From: Monocercomonoides exilis PA203 | Lineage: Eukaryota; Protista; Preaxostyla | DNA length: 64,000 nucleotides | Assembly: GCA_001643675.2 (NCBI GenBank) | Contig: LSRY02000045.1 | Span: 310,001-374,000 of the forward strand | Direction: 5' to 3' | Shown here: positions 37,511 to 51,820 of the stretch, in pieces | Layout of the letters: every line of letters begins with the position of its first letter | How positions within the stretch are numbered: the stretch's first letter is position 1 | Translations under genes and position numbers: made by a program | The notes under the pieces: generated by a model | Databases searched by the model: none | Told to the model about the DNA's origin: nothing | The model's input: only the letters and a program-made list of their open reading frames with translations

Positions 37511-39769
37511 CCTCAACCACCAAAAGATGTATTTGAGGTTTATCTCGCCAACACTAGATGCTGGAGATATATTGTGCAGAGAAGAGATGAAAGAGAATTA
37601 TTTGTTGCTAAGGGAAGGAGCTGAGTATTTTTGAGAATGTTAATATTTCAAGAGGGGTTTTCGAATGGAAGAAATTCTGAGACAGAGGGATGGGGAAGAG
37701 CAAACAGTGATTTGGAGAAGAAAATGCAGTAAATATATAGAGAAGTGGCTGGGGATGATGAAGAAGGTGATTATTGTTGATGGGAGAAATGGATTTTGAA
37801 AAGAAGGGAAAAGAGGGAAAAAGCCGATGAGAAGAGGGAAAATGAGAAGTGTTCAAGTGGAAGAGGGGTGTTTTTTTAATGAGAGGAGAAGATATTTTGG
37901 AAGAGAATGAAAAAGATGAAGAAAAGGAGGGAATTGATATTTTCAGAGAATTTTGTGAGCTGAATCGAAGAGGGAAATGGAAAGGAAATTGAGAGTTTTA
38001 TTATTATCAATTTCTGAGGGAAAAAACAAGGAAATTGCGAAAAGATAGTGAGTTGATTTGAAGAAATCAGCATTTATTGATTAATAACAGAATATCAGCC
38101 AAAATATCTGCAATTTTGGTTTGATTTTGTTGCGAAGTTAACTTGATAAATGAGGAATTTCCTTCATTCAACAACATCACGTGGAGTCTTCCCACTTCTT
38201 CCTCGAAAATTTTTTTTGAATTTTTGTGGATTTGTCAATCATTGTAAATATTCATTTTCACCATCTTCTTCGTCTCTGACTTCTTCCTCTTCTTCCTTCT
38301 CCTCTCAACTTCTTCTGCTTCATCTTTGAAATATTTCAGCTTTCTTCGTATTGAATCATTCCGTCTTCTTTGAAATGAATATGAGCTATTCAATCAGCAG
38401 ATAGACTGCATCCACCAAAAATTATTACATTCAGTTTGCTTTCTCATAACAGCAACATCATCTCCATCAATGCCTCCTGTTGTATTTCACTTTGTCAAAT
38501 TATTTGCTTTCTTCTTCTGCAGATGCGCATCCCACTCTGCTTTATCGTTTTGTATGATATCCGTGAGCAGGCTGTTCAGAATGAGCTGAAAGGAGTGGAT
38601 GGGAAATGCACAGGAGCTGACAGTCACATTACGTTCATCTGCTCGCTTTATGATACCACCAAGAAGCGAAGAGAGAGAAGTTCAAGTTCAAATGGAAGAG
38701 GCAAAGAAGGCGGATTTCAGAAGCAAGTTAAGCATAGATAAGAGGAAAGGGAAACAGCAGGGAGAGTCAAAGGCGAAGACGAAGAAGAAGGAGAAAGATG
38801 AGTTTTGCGCATCTCATATTGAAACTTTCGACACAAAACTTGCTCATGCAGCAACAGAAAGGAGGAGGAGGGACATGGGAAGAGAAGAAGGAGGTGATGA
38901 AAATGATGATGAACAGCAGCAAACATTTTTGCTCGTTCGGCAGCACACTCTTAACTGCCCAGCTGTTCACTCAATTTATCACAGCCTCTTTGCATTTGCT
39001 TCTCCTCCTTTTTCTCCCTTACAACACACACAATTGTCTTCCCCTTCTGTTCTTGTTGGAACTCTGCCGAAGCCACTCACGCAATCGTCTTTCGCCACAG
39101 ACTCCTATTTACTTCACAAAAGTCACTCGACATATCACACACAAGCTCAACCTATTTTTCGAACATGTATTCTTCGTCTTTATCTTCTTCTATCACTTCC
39201 TTCTCGCTGCTTATCCCTTGTGTTATTCTCTGGAAGAGCAGATTGGGCAAAACAGGTGTGTTTGCAAGCGGCAGCGTGTCAGCGACGAGGGATGCGTTTG
39301 AGTGGCAGAGTAAGGCGCTGAGCTGGGCAGCAAATGTGACAAGCCAGAGGATTGTGGTGGGTGGGGAGAAGGAAGGGAAGGGAGAGAAAAAGGATGAGAA
39401 GAGGAGTGTAAATGAGTTTGAGAGTGATAAAGATGAAAAGGGATCGTTGTGTCTGACAGATAAATGCATGGATAATGAGAAAAATGAAGAGGAAGAAGAA
39501 GAAGAAGAGGAAGATAAAGAAAATGCAATTCGCATAGACAATAGAAAGGCTCAGAAAGAAAGAGGAGCAAAAGAGAAGCTGAAAACAAAATAAAGAAGAA
39601 TAGTATTGTGAAGATTCTAACCACTCTTTGCTCAGATTTTCTGACTGAAATCAGATATCGAAGAAGGGCTCAGCAATCAATCGTCGAAAAGTGATTCGCT
39701 TTTTCAGCTTTTTCATTTTCGAATACATTATCTTAATTAACTTTACCATCTTCTTCTCCCTCTTTGCCT

Positions 39770-40420
39770 CCTCTTTCTCGTTCCTCTGCCTTTTCGCCCT
39801 CCTCCAGCACCTCCAGCTCAATCGCTGCTGACAATAGAACCACATCAATTATCCTCTGCCCATCCACCTCCAATGCTTTCTTCCCAACCTCTCCTCCTTC
39901 TTTACACAGTGCATTTATCCACTTCTTCACTTCTTCATCAAGTTTCACCACTACACACATTGACCGTTGCAATCGCGACACCAGCCGTGCTATCGCTGAC
40001 AGAAGCAGCGACAAGTCGAACAAATCGTAGATCGACGGGAGCGCATTCACATCTGCTGCCGCAAAGATCCGCTTGCTCATCAACTTCGTGCCTGCTGGTG
40101 CAGCAAGCTGCGGAAGTTGCGGCACCAGCGGAACTGAAAGCATCGCAGAAAGATTCTCATTGAGCACATACAACATATCCCTCGAAGCGTCTGCAACGTT
40201 CTTTGAAACTATTTATTTTGATGTAAATGCACGCTTGCTGCTTCAGGCACCACAATCAGCAGCCGCCTCTCGACGTAGTCCATGGCTGATGCTGAAGCGT
40301 ATGAAGTCTCCACCTTCGAGGAATCCGAAGGATCAATTGCAGGTACTGTTGATGAAGATGAAGATTGCATATCATCTCCCACCACCTTCGTCTCTTCGCT
40401 TCTTCTCCTTCTGAATGGCG
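39770..40420 (-). repeat. Partner of 30520-31175 (degenerate coding family)
   Basis: Shared DNA such as AGCAAGCGGATCTTTGC and TCCCGTCGATCTACGAT on opposite strands. Confidence 0.85.
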
Positions 40421-41765
40421 AAGCAGACCATCACACTGCTCAAGTTGAAGAAATATTAGAAGAAATGGAAGAGGGACATCTACCGAAATTCGAGAATAAC
40501 TTGGATTTTTCTTTGTTCAAAACGATTCTTCCGAAAGAGGCGAGCGAAGATGTTTCTAAAACTCGTAAATCGGTACATTTAGCGATAAAATTGAGGAAGA
40601 CGATGTTTCTGTCGATCAAAAATTAACGGATTTGCATCTTTTCCGATCTTCATCAGCATCTTCATTAACTAATCTGTTTGTCATTTGCAGTTATATGAAT
40701 AACCTCCAATATTTATATCATATCTATTGGTTAAATATGCTTTTTTCTCTTCTTCTTCTTCGTCGTCTTCTTTTTTTTCTTCTTTTTCCTTCGTTCACAT
40801 TTTCAATCAAGCAGAACCGGCTGATCTTCATGTCAAAGAAAACATATCGCCTGCGGAAGTTTGCTGGTTTCTGTGCACCAAGATGACGCTGCTCATGGTA
40901 CTGTTGGAACTGTTTAAGGAGCTGAGAAAGAAGAGGTTTGCGAGTAAGGTGAGGTGGAATACGCTGAGGTTGTTGAAAGTGAGACCGGTGATGAAGGTGT
41001 GGTTGAGGAAGACGGAGCTGGCTGAAAGGAGAAGAAGAAAAAGAAAATGAACAAAGCGAATTCGAAGAAAAAGATTAACACGTTTTTTTTCAGTCTAATA
41101 AGCGATAAGAAGTGTAACGAATGATAAATAAGGAAAACAAAATGAATGAAAGTGCACAACATGGGCAACATTTTCAAATGGGGGATTTCGATGAAGTGGA
41201 GCAGAAACAGAAGAAAGATGAACAGCGGATGGAGAAGATGGCTAGAAAATCATTTCATAAAAAGAATTTGAAGAGAAAAGTGAGATAGACTCTCTTGTGA
41301 TCAACCATTATTGTTTCTACTCCATTCCTTTCGTTGTTATAATAAGTCGTTGAACTGCTCAGCTGATGCAGGAAATTGGTGATGAAGTTTTACCTCAATG
41401 AAAGCAAAACTCAATGCATGTTATTTGAAGCAATGTTATTTAGTACATAAATATCCATCAACATTGTTCAACAAATATAAATTTTCTTTATAAGTTTTGT
41501 TTTCACAATTATGATATGACTATTTATCTTTTTGAAGTTTCATTTATTTGTTTTTTATTTGTTTTTATTAAACATAATCAATAATTTCTTTTTCACTAAA
41601 AACATAAAAAAGGTTTGTTTTTTGTTCTAATAAATTTTACAAATATATATGACAGAAATAAAAGCTAAATACTGTTATAAATCAAATTAACTCTTTGATC
41701 AATAAAAACCACTATTAATTTAATTTTTTTAGATTTTTGATCTTTTTTTATGATATCAAAAAAAA

Positions 41766-43233
41766 TCACCCAAATTCTGGTTTTAAAAATATCGAAAAAT
41801 TCTGTGATTGTTGATTGGATACAAGAATACTGTTTGCACAATAATCCTTTGCAGTATTTTGACTCGAATAAATTTCCATATTCTCTTGTTGAGCACAAGA
41901 TATTGTTGAAATTGAAACAGGTATTATCGATGATGTTAAAGAAGAAAAGTTGAGAAATGATTTGAGCGTTATTCGTGAATGTGTCTGAAGAGTATTGACA
42001 GCAGTTTGTGTTGATGAAAAAGATAATAATTTTTCTGATGATTTGATAAATTGTGTGAATTCATCTTTAAGAGAATTAAGCTTCGATGAAAAGGAGATCA
42101 CAAATGAACTTTTATGGAAAAGTCTCACTCCCATTGGTGTTAAAGAAAAAGCCAACGCGAATTTGTCACCTCGTTCTCCAGCAAGGAAATAATTATGTAA
42201 TAAAATCATCGAATGGCAAATACAAACTTGCCGATTCTCATCAGAAAAATAATCAAGATAAATCAAACAAAAATAATAAGCAAACGTTTTAAGTCTGAGA
42301 GGAAAAACAAATCCCAGTTTTGTTAAATCATTCTCAAGCAATAGTTGCAGTTCTCTTAAAGGAAACAGTAATATTCCACATCTGACCACATCAAAAATAG
42401 AAATATCACAAAAAAAAACTCAGAAATTGATGGATGTTTGCAATTCACATAAAAAAAATAACAAATGTCGAATAAACAGAGCAACCTTGTTTTGACAAAG
42501 AAAGAGCATTTGGGATTTGTTGGTTTTTTCGTAAAAGTTTTTTGGTAATCTTTGGATAGCGTTTTAAAGGTTTCTTTTAGCTGTCTCAAGAATTTGTTTT
42601 CGGAAAATAAAAAAGAAATAATCAGATTGACTAAATGATTTGTGCCGAAAATAAAAAATGGTGGAGTTTGTTATTCATTTTGCAGAGTTTCACAAACAGT
42701 CGCATCCTTTGTGAGATTTTGTAACGCTAGCATTTGTGATTTCAATCCATCTGAATAAAAACAACGAACCTCACCATTCGCATCTGACACTTCTTTCATG
42801 AAAGAATGAACCAATTTAGTGTAATCTGCAACTGTAAAACATGCATTGTTCAGGCTCCAAAAAACTGGCTTTCCATTTTCATTCAAGTGAACAACCGTCA
42901 CAATTGTTAACTTTTTCCATCAATAACTCCTCCGTCCATCATGGAACAGGCCATTGTGTTGTTGATAGCTTCATTTCGTTCTTTAGCTTTTCTCAAGTTT
43001 TCGTCTTTAATGAGCAGCGAAAGTTTCCTTCTGGTTAAAGATGGATAAATTGTTTCTGAAGATAAAGACAGATTTTGTTGAGAAAGTCGAATTAGCGTTG
43101 AAATGAATGTGTCAAATTCTGAAGAATAAGCAGATAAAAAAGCAATATTGCAATGGTTTATTAGATGAAGGAATTGCTTTATCAGTGGGACAAAATAATT
43201 CACTTCAGGCATTTTCATAGAAATATGATTCAC
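41766..43233 (-). pseudogene. N-terminal/catalytic part of a hAT transposase
   Basis: YPSLTRRKL, CSMMDGG (D1), CFYSDG (D2), FGTNHLVNL (CxxH-like), VKTRL (TRW-like), LFPLRELQLLLE and LAFSLTP in the expected order, with stops and frameshifts; the frame crosses the repeat breakpoint at 43186. Confidence 0.75.
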
Positions 43234-44325
43234 TTTTCATTGATTTTTTGGATCAAAGAACACAATAAAAATGGGTCTATTTTTAGACATTCGTGAAATG
43301 TTGGAAACATTAATGTTTTGATTTCAACAATGCCTGCTTACGGATATGAAAATCAAATTTATTTTGAAATCTGAGAAAGCGAAATAAAGTTAGGAGCGAA
43401 GCAATTTTTCAATGCATTGTGTAAAAAAAGCTTGAAAGTCCGTATTTTCCTCCAAGTGCACAAAAATCTGAATTGAAAATCTTTTGGACTTTTTTTAGAG
43501 GTTTTGATTAAATTTTAACAGAAGACTGAGGACTTAGAAAAGATAACATTGGAAATCCTTTTGTTAAAAAGTGTGAATTACTTCTCACACGATCAGTGTT
43601 TTTTCTTCCAGAAAATCAACAGTTACTTCCATGTTCACTATTTGGATACAGATGGAAAATATGTCTATCTTTTTTAAGAGACTCATCAGGAAAAACTGGA
43701 GTACACGCAATCCAGAAGGCATTGTTATTAACTTCAAAATGTGTTTTATCAATTTCTTCTTTTGTGTTGTTGAGGTGAAGATAATTTTAAAAATTATGCA
43801 TATTTTATCATTGTATTTAAGATCCAGAATAAAATTAAAAAAACAAACATTTTCCGTTATTTGTTAATATTGCACATAAAAAGTGGCAAATGAACATTTT
43901 TACTCTTTTTATTTATTAATTTTTTCTGAAAACGCTTTTTGATTTGCATGAATGCATTAATATTATTTATTTTAAAGAAGTCAAAAAAGAATCAATATCA
44001 AACAAACTATTTGGGGAATAGATAAGCAGCTTTTCAACTCGTCTGGAAATTCAAAAATAAAACCATCACTCATTTCAGACATTTATTATCGATACAACAC
44101 GACAGATCTTGATACCCGAATGATCCAGACAGATCAGAATTGATCTTTGTCGAGTTGATCTGTTTTACACCCATTAAATACATCATTATATATATTTCAA
44201 CGAAATAAAATTGTGATCCTTTCTTAATAAAACATTAAAAATAAAATACAAGCGATTATTCAAAAATAATTTATTAATTATGAATGAAAAGATAATATAT
44301 CTTATCAATCAATCAATCAATCAAT

Positions 44326-44371
<46 letters not shown>

Positions 44372-45450
44372 AATTTCGTGTCGGTCGACTTGTTGCAAAA
44401 ATTTTAAACAAGTCGGCTGGCGCAAAAGTCTGATACTTTGATAAATGAGTTTCTGAACAAGAAAATTAAATAAAAAAACAAAAAATGCTTCTGATCGAAC
44501 AAATAAAGTGTAAATAAAAAGATTGTAATCAAATGAGAAAAAACTCTACAGCTTTTCCACTTCATAGAATTAACTTCTATATTTCATCTTGATCTTCAAC
44601 AATTTTAGAAAAATATTCTTTCTTCTCCATTGTTAAATGAAAATAATTAAAATATGACAAAAATATTATAAACTTGATATTCTCAATTGAATTGGGGAAA
44701 AATTTTGAAATCATATTTTTTCTCACAAAAATTTCTGATCGATAATTGGATTTGAATATTTATTAATATTCGCACAAAAGTTATGTTGTTATTAACAGAT
44801 AATCAAAATAATAATTCAAATCAAAAGTTGGCTTTTATTAAATATTTTTGTATTTTGCCTATGAATGAAAACAACTTTTTTTAATCATATAGCCTAAAAG
44901 AAATCAGCACTCAGAAAAAATAATGATTTCATAAAAATAACCAAGTGCTGTAAAAGAAACAAGAAATGTGATGAAGAATGTTCGAAATTATCCAATAACA
45001 CAAAATATTCGACAATATAATAGTGAGTGAAAAAACAACACAAATTGAAAAAACTCGCATGAATGACATTTTCTTTCGAATTAATCAACAAATTTCATAC
45101 GCCAAAAATTATTCAAAATGAGAATTTTTGCATTCAAAAAAATAAAATTTGCATTCAAAATGGAAATTTTGCAAACAAATTAATAAGTTTTTCAAACAAA
45201 ATAATAATTTTTGAATTCGAATTAATAATTGTTAAAAACCTAACAAAAATTTATTCGCACTCTCAAGAAATTTTGTGAAAATCAGTCTTCCACTTTTGAA
45301 TCGGAAATAATTTTGTGTTGTCATTATTTTCTTGCACGAAAGAAAAATTTTTGAAATTTTTAATTTTCTGACAAAAATTTTAATAATTTCATATAATTAT
45401 TATTCATATGAAAACAAAAGATATTTTCATTTCGAACGCAAAAATTATTA

Positions 45451-48400
45451 CCAACGCTAAAAAACACGGGAATTTTTCAAAAACCCGGACTTCATGAAAA
45501 CATTATTCACGATAATCATGTCAAAAAGCATTTTCAAAAATTGTATTATTTCTCGTTGCATATTATCATTAATGCATAATCAAAAAAATAAATCACATTT
45601 CATTGTTATTGAATATACATCGTTAAAAAAAATCAATTTTGAAATATATTTATTTCTCAAAAAGTAATTGAAATAAGCATTCCACAATTATCATATTTTT
45701 CATTTTCACAATTTTCAGACACTTTGATGTTTCCTTTTAAAGAAGCCTTTACTAAAAATCATAATTAATACTCCCTTTCATGAAAAATTGATCAAAAATC
45801 AAACCCATATTAATGGCTATTACAAAAGAATTGTCGTTACCAGAGCCTAGGAAAAAGTTGGCAACCTCCGAAATAAGAAGGTTAAAAACAACATCCCAAA
45901 AAATATTTGAACTGCAGAAGGATTATATTATTACAAGAAAAGTGGATGTTGATTCTGGCACGATATCAAATGGCTCATAGTACAGAGGAATAGCGGCAGA
46001 GAAGCAGAAAAGGCAGGCTGGAGTGAACGGAAGATCACCAACAATTACACAAGATTTTATAGAATAAATCGATAACCAAGTTATTGTTCATCTCTCAAAA
46101 GGTGAAACAATAATAGTTAAAGACGTGCACAAAATGGTTTTTGTTCTTTTTAATTACTGTGATTAATATTTTTAAATATATTTAGATTGTGGAACATATG
46201 GAACAATCCTCAAAAGACGAAGAAGTGAAAAAAATACCAAGTTTAATAGCCGCATTCTATGTTATTCAGAAAAGTTCAATACAATGAGTAAAAAACCCGT
46301 TACAAAGAAAAAAACCCGGATTTTTTATTCAGCAACTGTATCTTCAATTTCTTTCAATTTTTATTCAAGTGATATGTTTTTTTAATGCTGAAAGTGATAA
46401 TTAATGATCGTTAAGAAAAAAGAAGAATTTAACTTGGCATACAAAGAAAATTATCATGTTTTTTCAACGAATCATAAATAATCGTGTGAAATGATGTTCC
46501 TCAAATTTCTATAGTTGTAGAAGCCATATCTTTGATACATGAAAATTGTTATGAACTTGGCCAAAGCTATTTACTGTCCAACGCTCAGTCTTTTCCAACC
46601 ATTGTTTATTCTTATATATTTGTGTGAATTATGAAGGATAAATAAAACAATTTTCAATTAGCATTCAATCCAAATTTTACAATTAATATAAAGTCATATA
46701 TGTGAATATCATTCAAAAAGAAGTAGAAAATATATGAATAAATAAGTATTTCCCAAACATGTTATTGTTTCCATTGTTTCGTTATCATCGTGTTGTATTT
46801 TTGAATTTTTTGCTTCTTGACGGACAAGTTTCTTTTATTCTTTCATTTTGCTCATCAATCCACCTTTCTTTTGATATAGCTTCATCGTCTTCATAAATGC
46901 AGTCATCGTCGATTTTTTTCTTTCTTATTCGAGGGATTCTTTTTGATACTGATTTGTTTCTTGAAGGATGATCACGATCTTCGTCTGAGAAATTATAATC
47001 ATCAGTTTGCGTGAATTCATCCCTATGGTGCTTTTCTTCAATTTTCATTTCATTTAAAACCTTTTTGTTGATTTAACTTTGCGCTTTGGGGGAAAAGAAC
47101 CAAACAATTCATTGTTAACTTCATCTGAAGAAATTGCTGAAGAAGATTTTGAAGGAGATCCACTTATTTTGGTGAGAACTTGCGAAGCTGCCAGTGGCCA
47201 GATTCCTGTGTTGAGAAATGCAGTTTTGATTACCGATGGAGTGGTCGCTGCAGCGATGGCCTCTGGTAAGACCTCAGCAAGTGCCTTTCTATATAAAGAA
47301 GATAAATCATCGATTGGAACTTTGAAATCATTGTATAATGTTCTTTTCAATCTGGCAAATATCACATTGTCACAGGGCTGGAGGAGATGGGTCATGTTAG
47401 GGGGAAATGTTTTTATGAAAATTCCGTTATTTTCAGTTTCCATAATGACTTCTGAACATGTATGGGAAGAATGGTTGTCAAGAAGAAGTCGAGCCTTTTT
47501 CGAAGATGTTGATTGTATTTTTGATGAATGAGAGGAATCCAATTTTGAAGAATGATGATTTTGAAAATTTCAGTGGTAATCCATCCTGAAGGCGAAGGAA
47601 TATAATTTATATTAAAAAATTTCAAATTAGAAAACTCTTCAGGAATTTTTTTCTTTGGATAAAGAAAAAAATGAGGAAGGCAGGAACCATCAGAACACAT
47701 GCAAACGCAAAGAGTTGCGTTGGCAATTTTTCGAGGATCTGGAGAAGAAGGGGGGATCTGATCTTTCAAACAGATCACTAATTTTGACGAACTTTCTCCG
47801 ATTCTCACTGAAGATTCGTCAAAATTAAAAATATTGGAAACTTCGATATTGTTTCCTTCTACGATTTCTTTCACTTCTATAAACCAATTAGTCACATTTT
47901 CAGGGCTCTGTGACCGAATTTTTGCAATTTCAAGTGGTCTCGCCAAGGCCGCCTTTAAAATAGAGCTTCTTTGAACCAAATAATAAGATAATTTCGGATG
48001 GAGTTTCTCGTTTTCTTCTTCATTTGTTGATTCTGAGTCCAACATTTTTATTGCCTATTTAAATAAAGATCAAAATCAATCATATAAAAAAATTGAAAAC
48101 CATTTCCTGTATGTGCTTCATTCGAACAACAACTCCTTCTGATAATAAAGACAAGACCTGATTTTCGATTTTTTCCAGTTTCTCAGAATTAATAAGCGAT
48201 GTTCTTCCTTCTTTTCCAACATCTCTGTTTTTCTTTTCTGCTGTTTTGCCTCTGTACCAAGCCTGCCTTGTAATTACTTTCGCTTTGACCGCCACGTTCA
48301 CTGTCAATGGATATGTTTTCTTGATTTCAAAAATTTTCCTCGATCTGGAATGGATTGTGCGGTATTCTCTTGTAGCAGCAATCCTAAGAAGTTCTTCTGA

Positions 48401-50691
48401 AGAAATGGATTTCTTTTCCATCACAAAAAAGTGAACGATCAAAATGATCAAAATGGAAAAAATATTGTTTGAAAGGCTATTCAATCAAACTAACTAAAGG
48501 CAGTTCAAGTGATGGAATGATAATTTTTTTCTATATATTTGCTAAATTTTATCTTGAATTTTCAACAACAAATATAGAATATTAATCAATCATTCTATCA
48601 AGTGAACAATACTTGAAGAGAAGAAATACATCGTTATAATTAGAAAAGTTTGAACTTTTCAACTTCAAATGTTTCATCAGTCAATAATCAGTTTGAACAA
48701 GCTAATGTTTTAATGAAAGAAAAATTTTCTTTTTTTTTAAAGTCCCGGTTTTTTTTCTTTGTACCGGGTTTTTTACTCATTGTATTGAAGTCAGCTGTTT
48801 CAAAGCAATTGGACACTGCAAAAATATCTTCCCAATTTTCTGATTCCGTTAGAAAGTGGTTTGATGTACTTTCGCAGATTGTGAATGAGAAAGAAATAGT
48901 CGCATCAGGCATCTTTAATTTTGATGAAACTTCACTTCATCTGGGCGATGATACTTGCAAACTGGTTGTGTGCCTGCAAAACCAGAAACCTCCTTCAACT
49001 CCTTCTCCGAAAAAGACTTCTAACACGACATTGTGCTTATGTACCTGCGCAGATGGCTCATGTTTATCGTCTTTTCTTCTTTGGCCTGCGAAAAAATTCC
49101 AGTGGAATTTCGTATGCTTTCATCGTTCAACATCAACTATATGTATAAATTTATTCGAAAAGTTCCTTTTGTTTAATTTTCAAATAAAGAAAAATTTCAT
49201 ATTTTGATCAAATTTCTGTTCCCACTCACGAAAATTTTCAAGAATGGAAATAAAAACGTTGTAAAGATTTTATTTTCATGGCAGCGAAATTTGGTGAGCT
49301 AAAACAAATATTTGATCGAAATATGAAACATTTTCTTTATTTGAAAATTAAACAAAAGGAATTTTTCGAAAAAATTTATACATATCTTCGCATCTTCAGG
49401 ATGGATCACTTCAAAAATCTTCGAAAAAATAATGCTCGATTTTTGGCTTGATAATATTGAAAAAAAATGAAAGATGGAGGAATGAAATTTGAATTGTTCC
49501 TGATGGATAACCATTCTCCTCACAACAGTGAAGCTGTTGAAATGGCTGCAAAAAAGAAAAACATCATCATCAAAAAGTTTCCTCCGAATTTAACCCATCT
49601 TCTACAACCGTGCGATAATTCAATTTTTGCACGGTTCAAGAAAACATTTAATAATAGCTTCAAATCACCAATTGATCATTCTTCTGCCGCGTTTCGCTCC
49701 GCCATCTTCGATATTCTTCCAGAAGCTCTTTCTGCTGCGGTCGCACCTTCAAATATTAAGCGTGCATTCATGCAGACGTGTGTTTGGCAGGTCAAAGCTG
49801 CTCCGGTTCTTGAAAGAATAAGTGGAACACCTGAAAAGGAAGCATCATTGAATAACGATGAGAATAAAGAGCAGCTGTTTGGAAAATTTTCTCCAAAAAA
49901 GAAAATTGAAAACGAAAAAAAAAAATATTGTGAAAATGAATCTATTCAAAAGATGAAAGAAATCAACTGCGCTTCCATTCTGCGAAAAGAAAAAAAGAAA
50001 CAATCGAGAGAAGATTTATTGGATTTGAAAAGAAAAGAAAAGAAAGAAAAGAAAATGGAGAAGAGAAAAGAAAACAGTTGCCGGAGTAATAGCGACAAAA
50101 TGAAATGGAAAAGAAAATGATTGAGGATAGATTATGATGACGACTCGTACAATCAAAGCAAAATATCGAAGATATAGCGAACATTCTCCAGCAATTGTTC
50201 ATTGGTTTGAACGACAAACAATTACAACTCCTCAAATCCTTGAAAAGTGCTTTTATCATGAAGAATATCTTTTTTTAATTCGTTATTCATAAAATAATTG
50301 TTTTCTCATTTCAGAAAAGTCTAACAAAATAGAAATAATTAAAGTTTATTAATTCGTATTAATGTTTAAAGTATAGAGTTTTGTCAATAAGCAATTTTAT
50401 TTGCGAACAAACACAAGTTGCATGGAAATAAAAGAAGCAAACAACAAATTCTAATTTTCGATTGTGCGAAGCCAAAAAGCAGTTATAATTCCTTCTATGA
50501 TTAAAACATATAACTCGATAAATATTGAAACAACAGATAAGGTTTCAATTGATATACGAATCATATCTGCTTTCATATTGGTTTGTATTGCGGAAATAAC
50601 AAAGGAATCATTGTTTTGAATAAGTTTGAATGCATATTTAAAAAAAGGCTTCTCAGGGTTTTTGAAATATTTTTGGGTTTTTTAACGATGG
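45451..50691 (+). mobile_element. Mirror copy of pogo element B, including MITE E' at 49142-49382
   Basis: TA|CCAACGCTAAAAAACACGGG ... GGGTTTTTTAACGATGG|TA; ORFs 48650..49207 and 49467..50120. Confidence 0.85.
46282..48782 (-). mobile_element. Mirror copy of pogo element A (transposase frameshifted at homopolymers as assembled)
   Basis: TA|CAATGAGT...ACTCATTG|TA; ORFs 48080..48484, 47413..48045, 47054..47542 and 46785..47048 tile transposase A. Confidence 0.93.
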
Positions 50692-51820
50692 TAATTCGAT
50701 TGCTAAAATTCTCATTTTGAATAATTTTTGGTGCATATATGAAAGCTTATTGAATTTAAACTCCGCTTTTTAACTTATTATTGTCTTATATGCACCAAAA
50801 ATAATTCTATTTCGAAAAAAAATAAATCGATTTCGAAAAAAAAATAATTCAATTTCGGAATTAATAATTCAAATTCGAAAAAAAATAATTCGATTTCGAA
50901 AAGGAATAATTCTATTTCGAAACGACAATTTTTTTTGATTTGTGGAATTATTAACTTACGTTTTGAAGTCAAAATACTCTTGATTTTTATCTCGTGAGCA
51001 CACTTTGTTCTTAAATATTTAAAAAAATAATGCATTTCGTTAAAAATAAATTCTTCCATTTTGATTGAAAATATTATAATTTGAAGTTTATTTGAAAAGA
51101 AAACGAATTCATTTTAATTTTTAAAAATCGAAGTTTTTTCTAAAATTTCACCAAAGAAACAAAAAATAAATCATTGGAAAAAATTCTTGTATTTTGAAAT
51201 TCAATAAATGTGATTGAAAAATCACTATTTCCTTCAGATTATTCAAAATAATGAATTATTTGCTATTAACTTATCATCAGAGTGATGATTTTTGAATAAA
51301 AAACTTTTTCAATAAATTGATTTATTGATTGTTTCGAAATAAAAAAACAGGTTTTTTTTGAGTTTATATATATGAATGGTTTTAAATTAACTTGACATTT
51401 TCCCAAATCCATCCAAAAAATTATAATTTTCAGTTAAAAATGAATTTCGAAAATGAATTATTAATTTTCGAAATAGAACTATTCCTTTTCGAAATCAAAT
51501 TATTTTTTCCGAAATTGAAATATTAATTACGAAATTGAATTATTTTTTTCGAAATCGATTTATTTTTTTCGAAATAGAATTATTTTTGGTGCATATAAGA
51601 CAATAATAAGTTAAAAAGCGGAGTTAAAATTCAATAAGCTAACACATATATGAAATTAGTTGATTAATTCGAAAGAAAATGTCATATATGCGAATTTTAT
51701 CAACTTGTGTTGTTTTTTCACTCGCCATAACAAAAATTTAATAATTTTGTTTTAGACTTTTTGTTGAAAATATTGAAAATTTTCAATATTTCGTCTTTGG
51801 ATAATTAATTTTTTATAATA

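Larger units (their letters stand above)
45020..51728. mobile_element. Mirror copy of MITE C nest, including MITE D' at 50744-51640
   Basis: Reverse complement of 17157-23876. Confidence 0.75.

Noticed and set aside
38436-39624. Overlapping ORFs of 100-240 aa
   Set aside because: Low complexity, several frames open on both strands and no recognisable motif; probably degenerate gene debris.
35575-43233. Alternative genetic code (TAA/TAG = Gln, known in some oxymonads) to explain in-frame stops
   Set aside because: The 3,155-aa ORF has no internal TAA/TAG and the gene ends in TAA; the broken genes also contain TGA stops and frameshifts, so they are pseudogenes.
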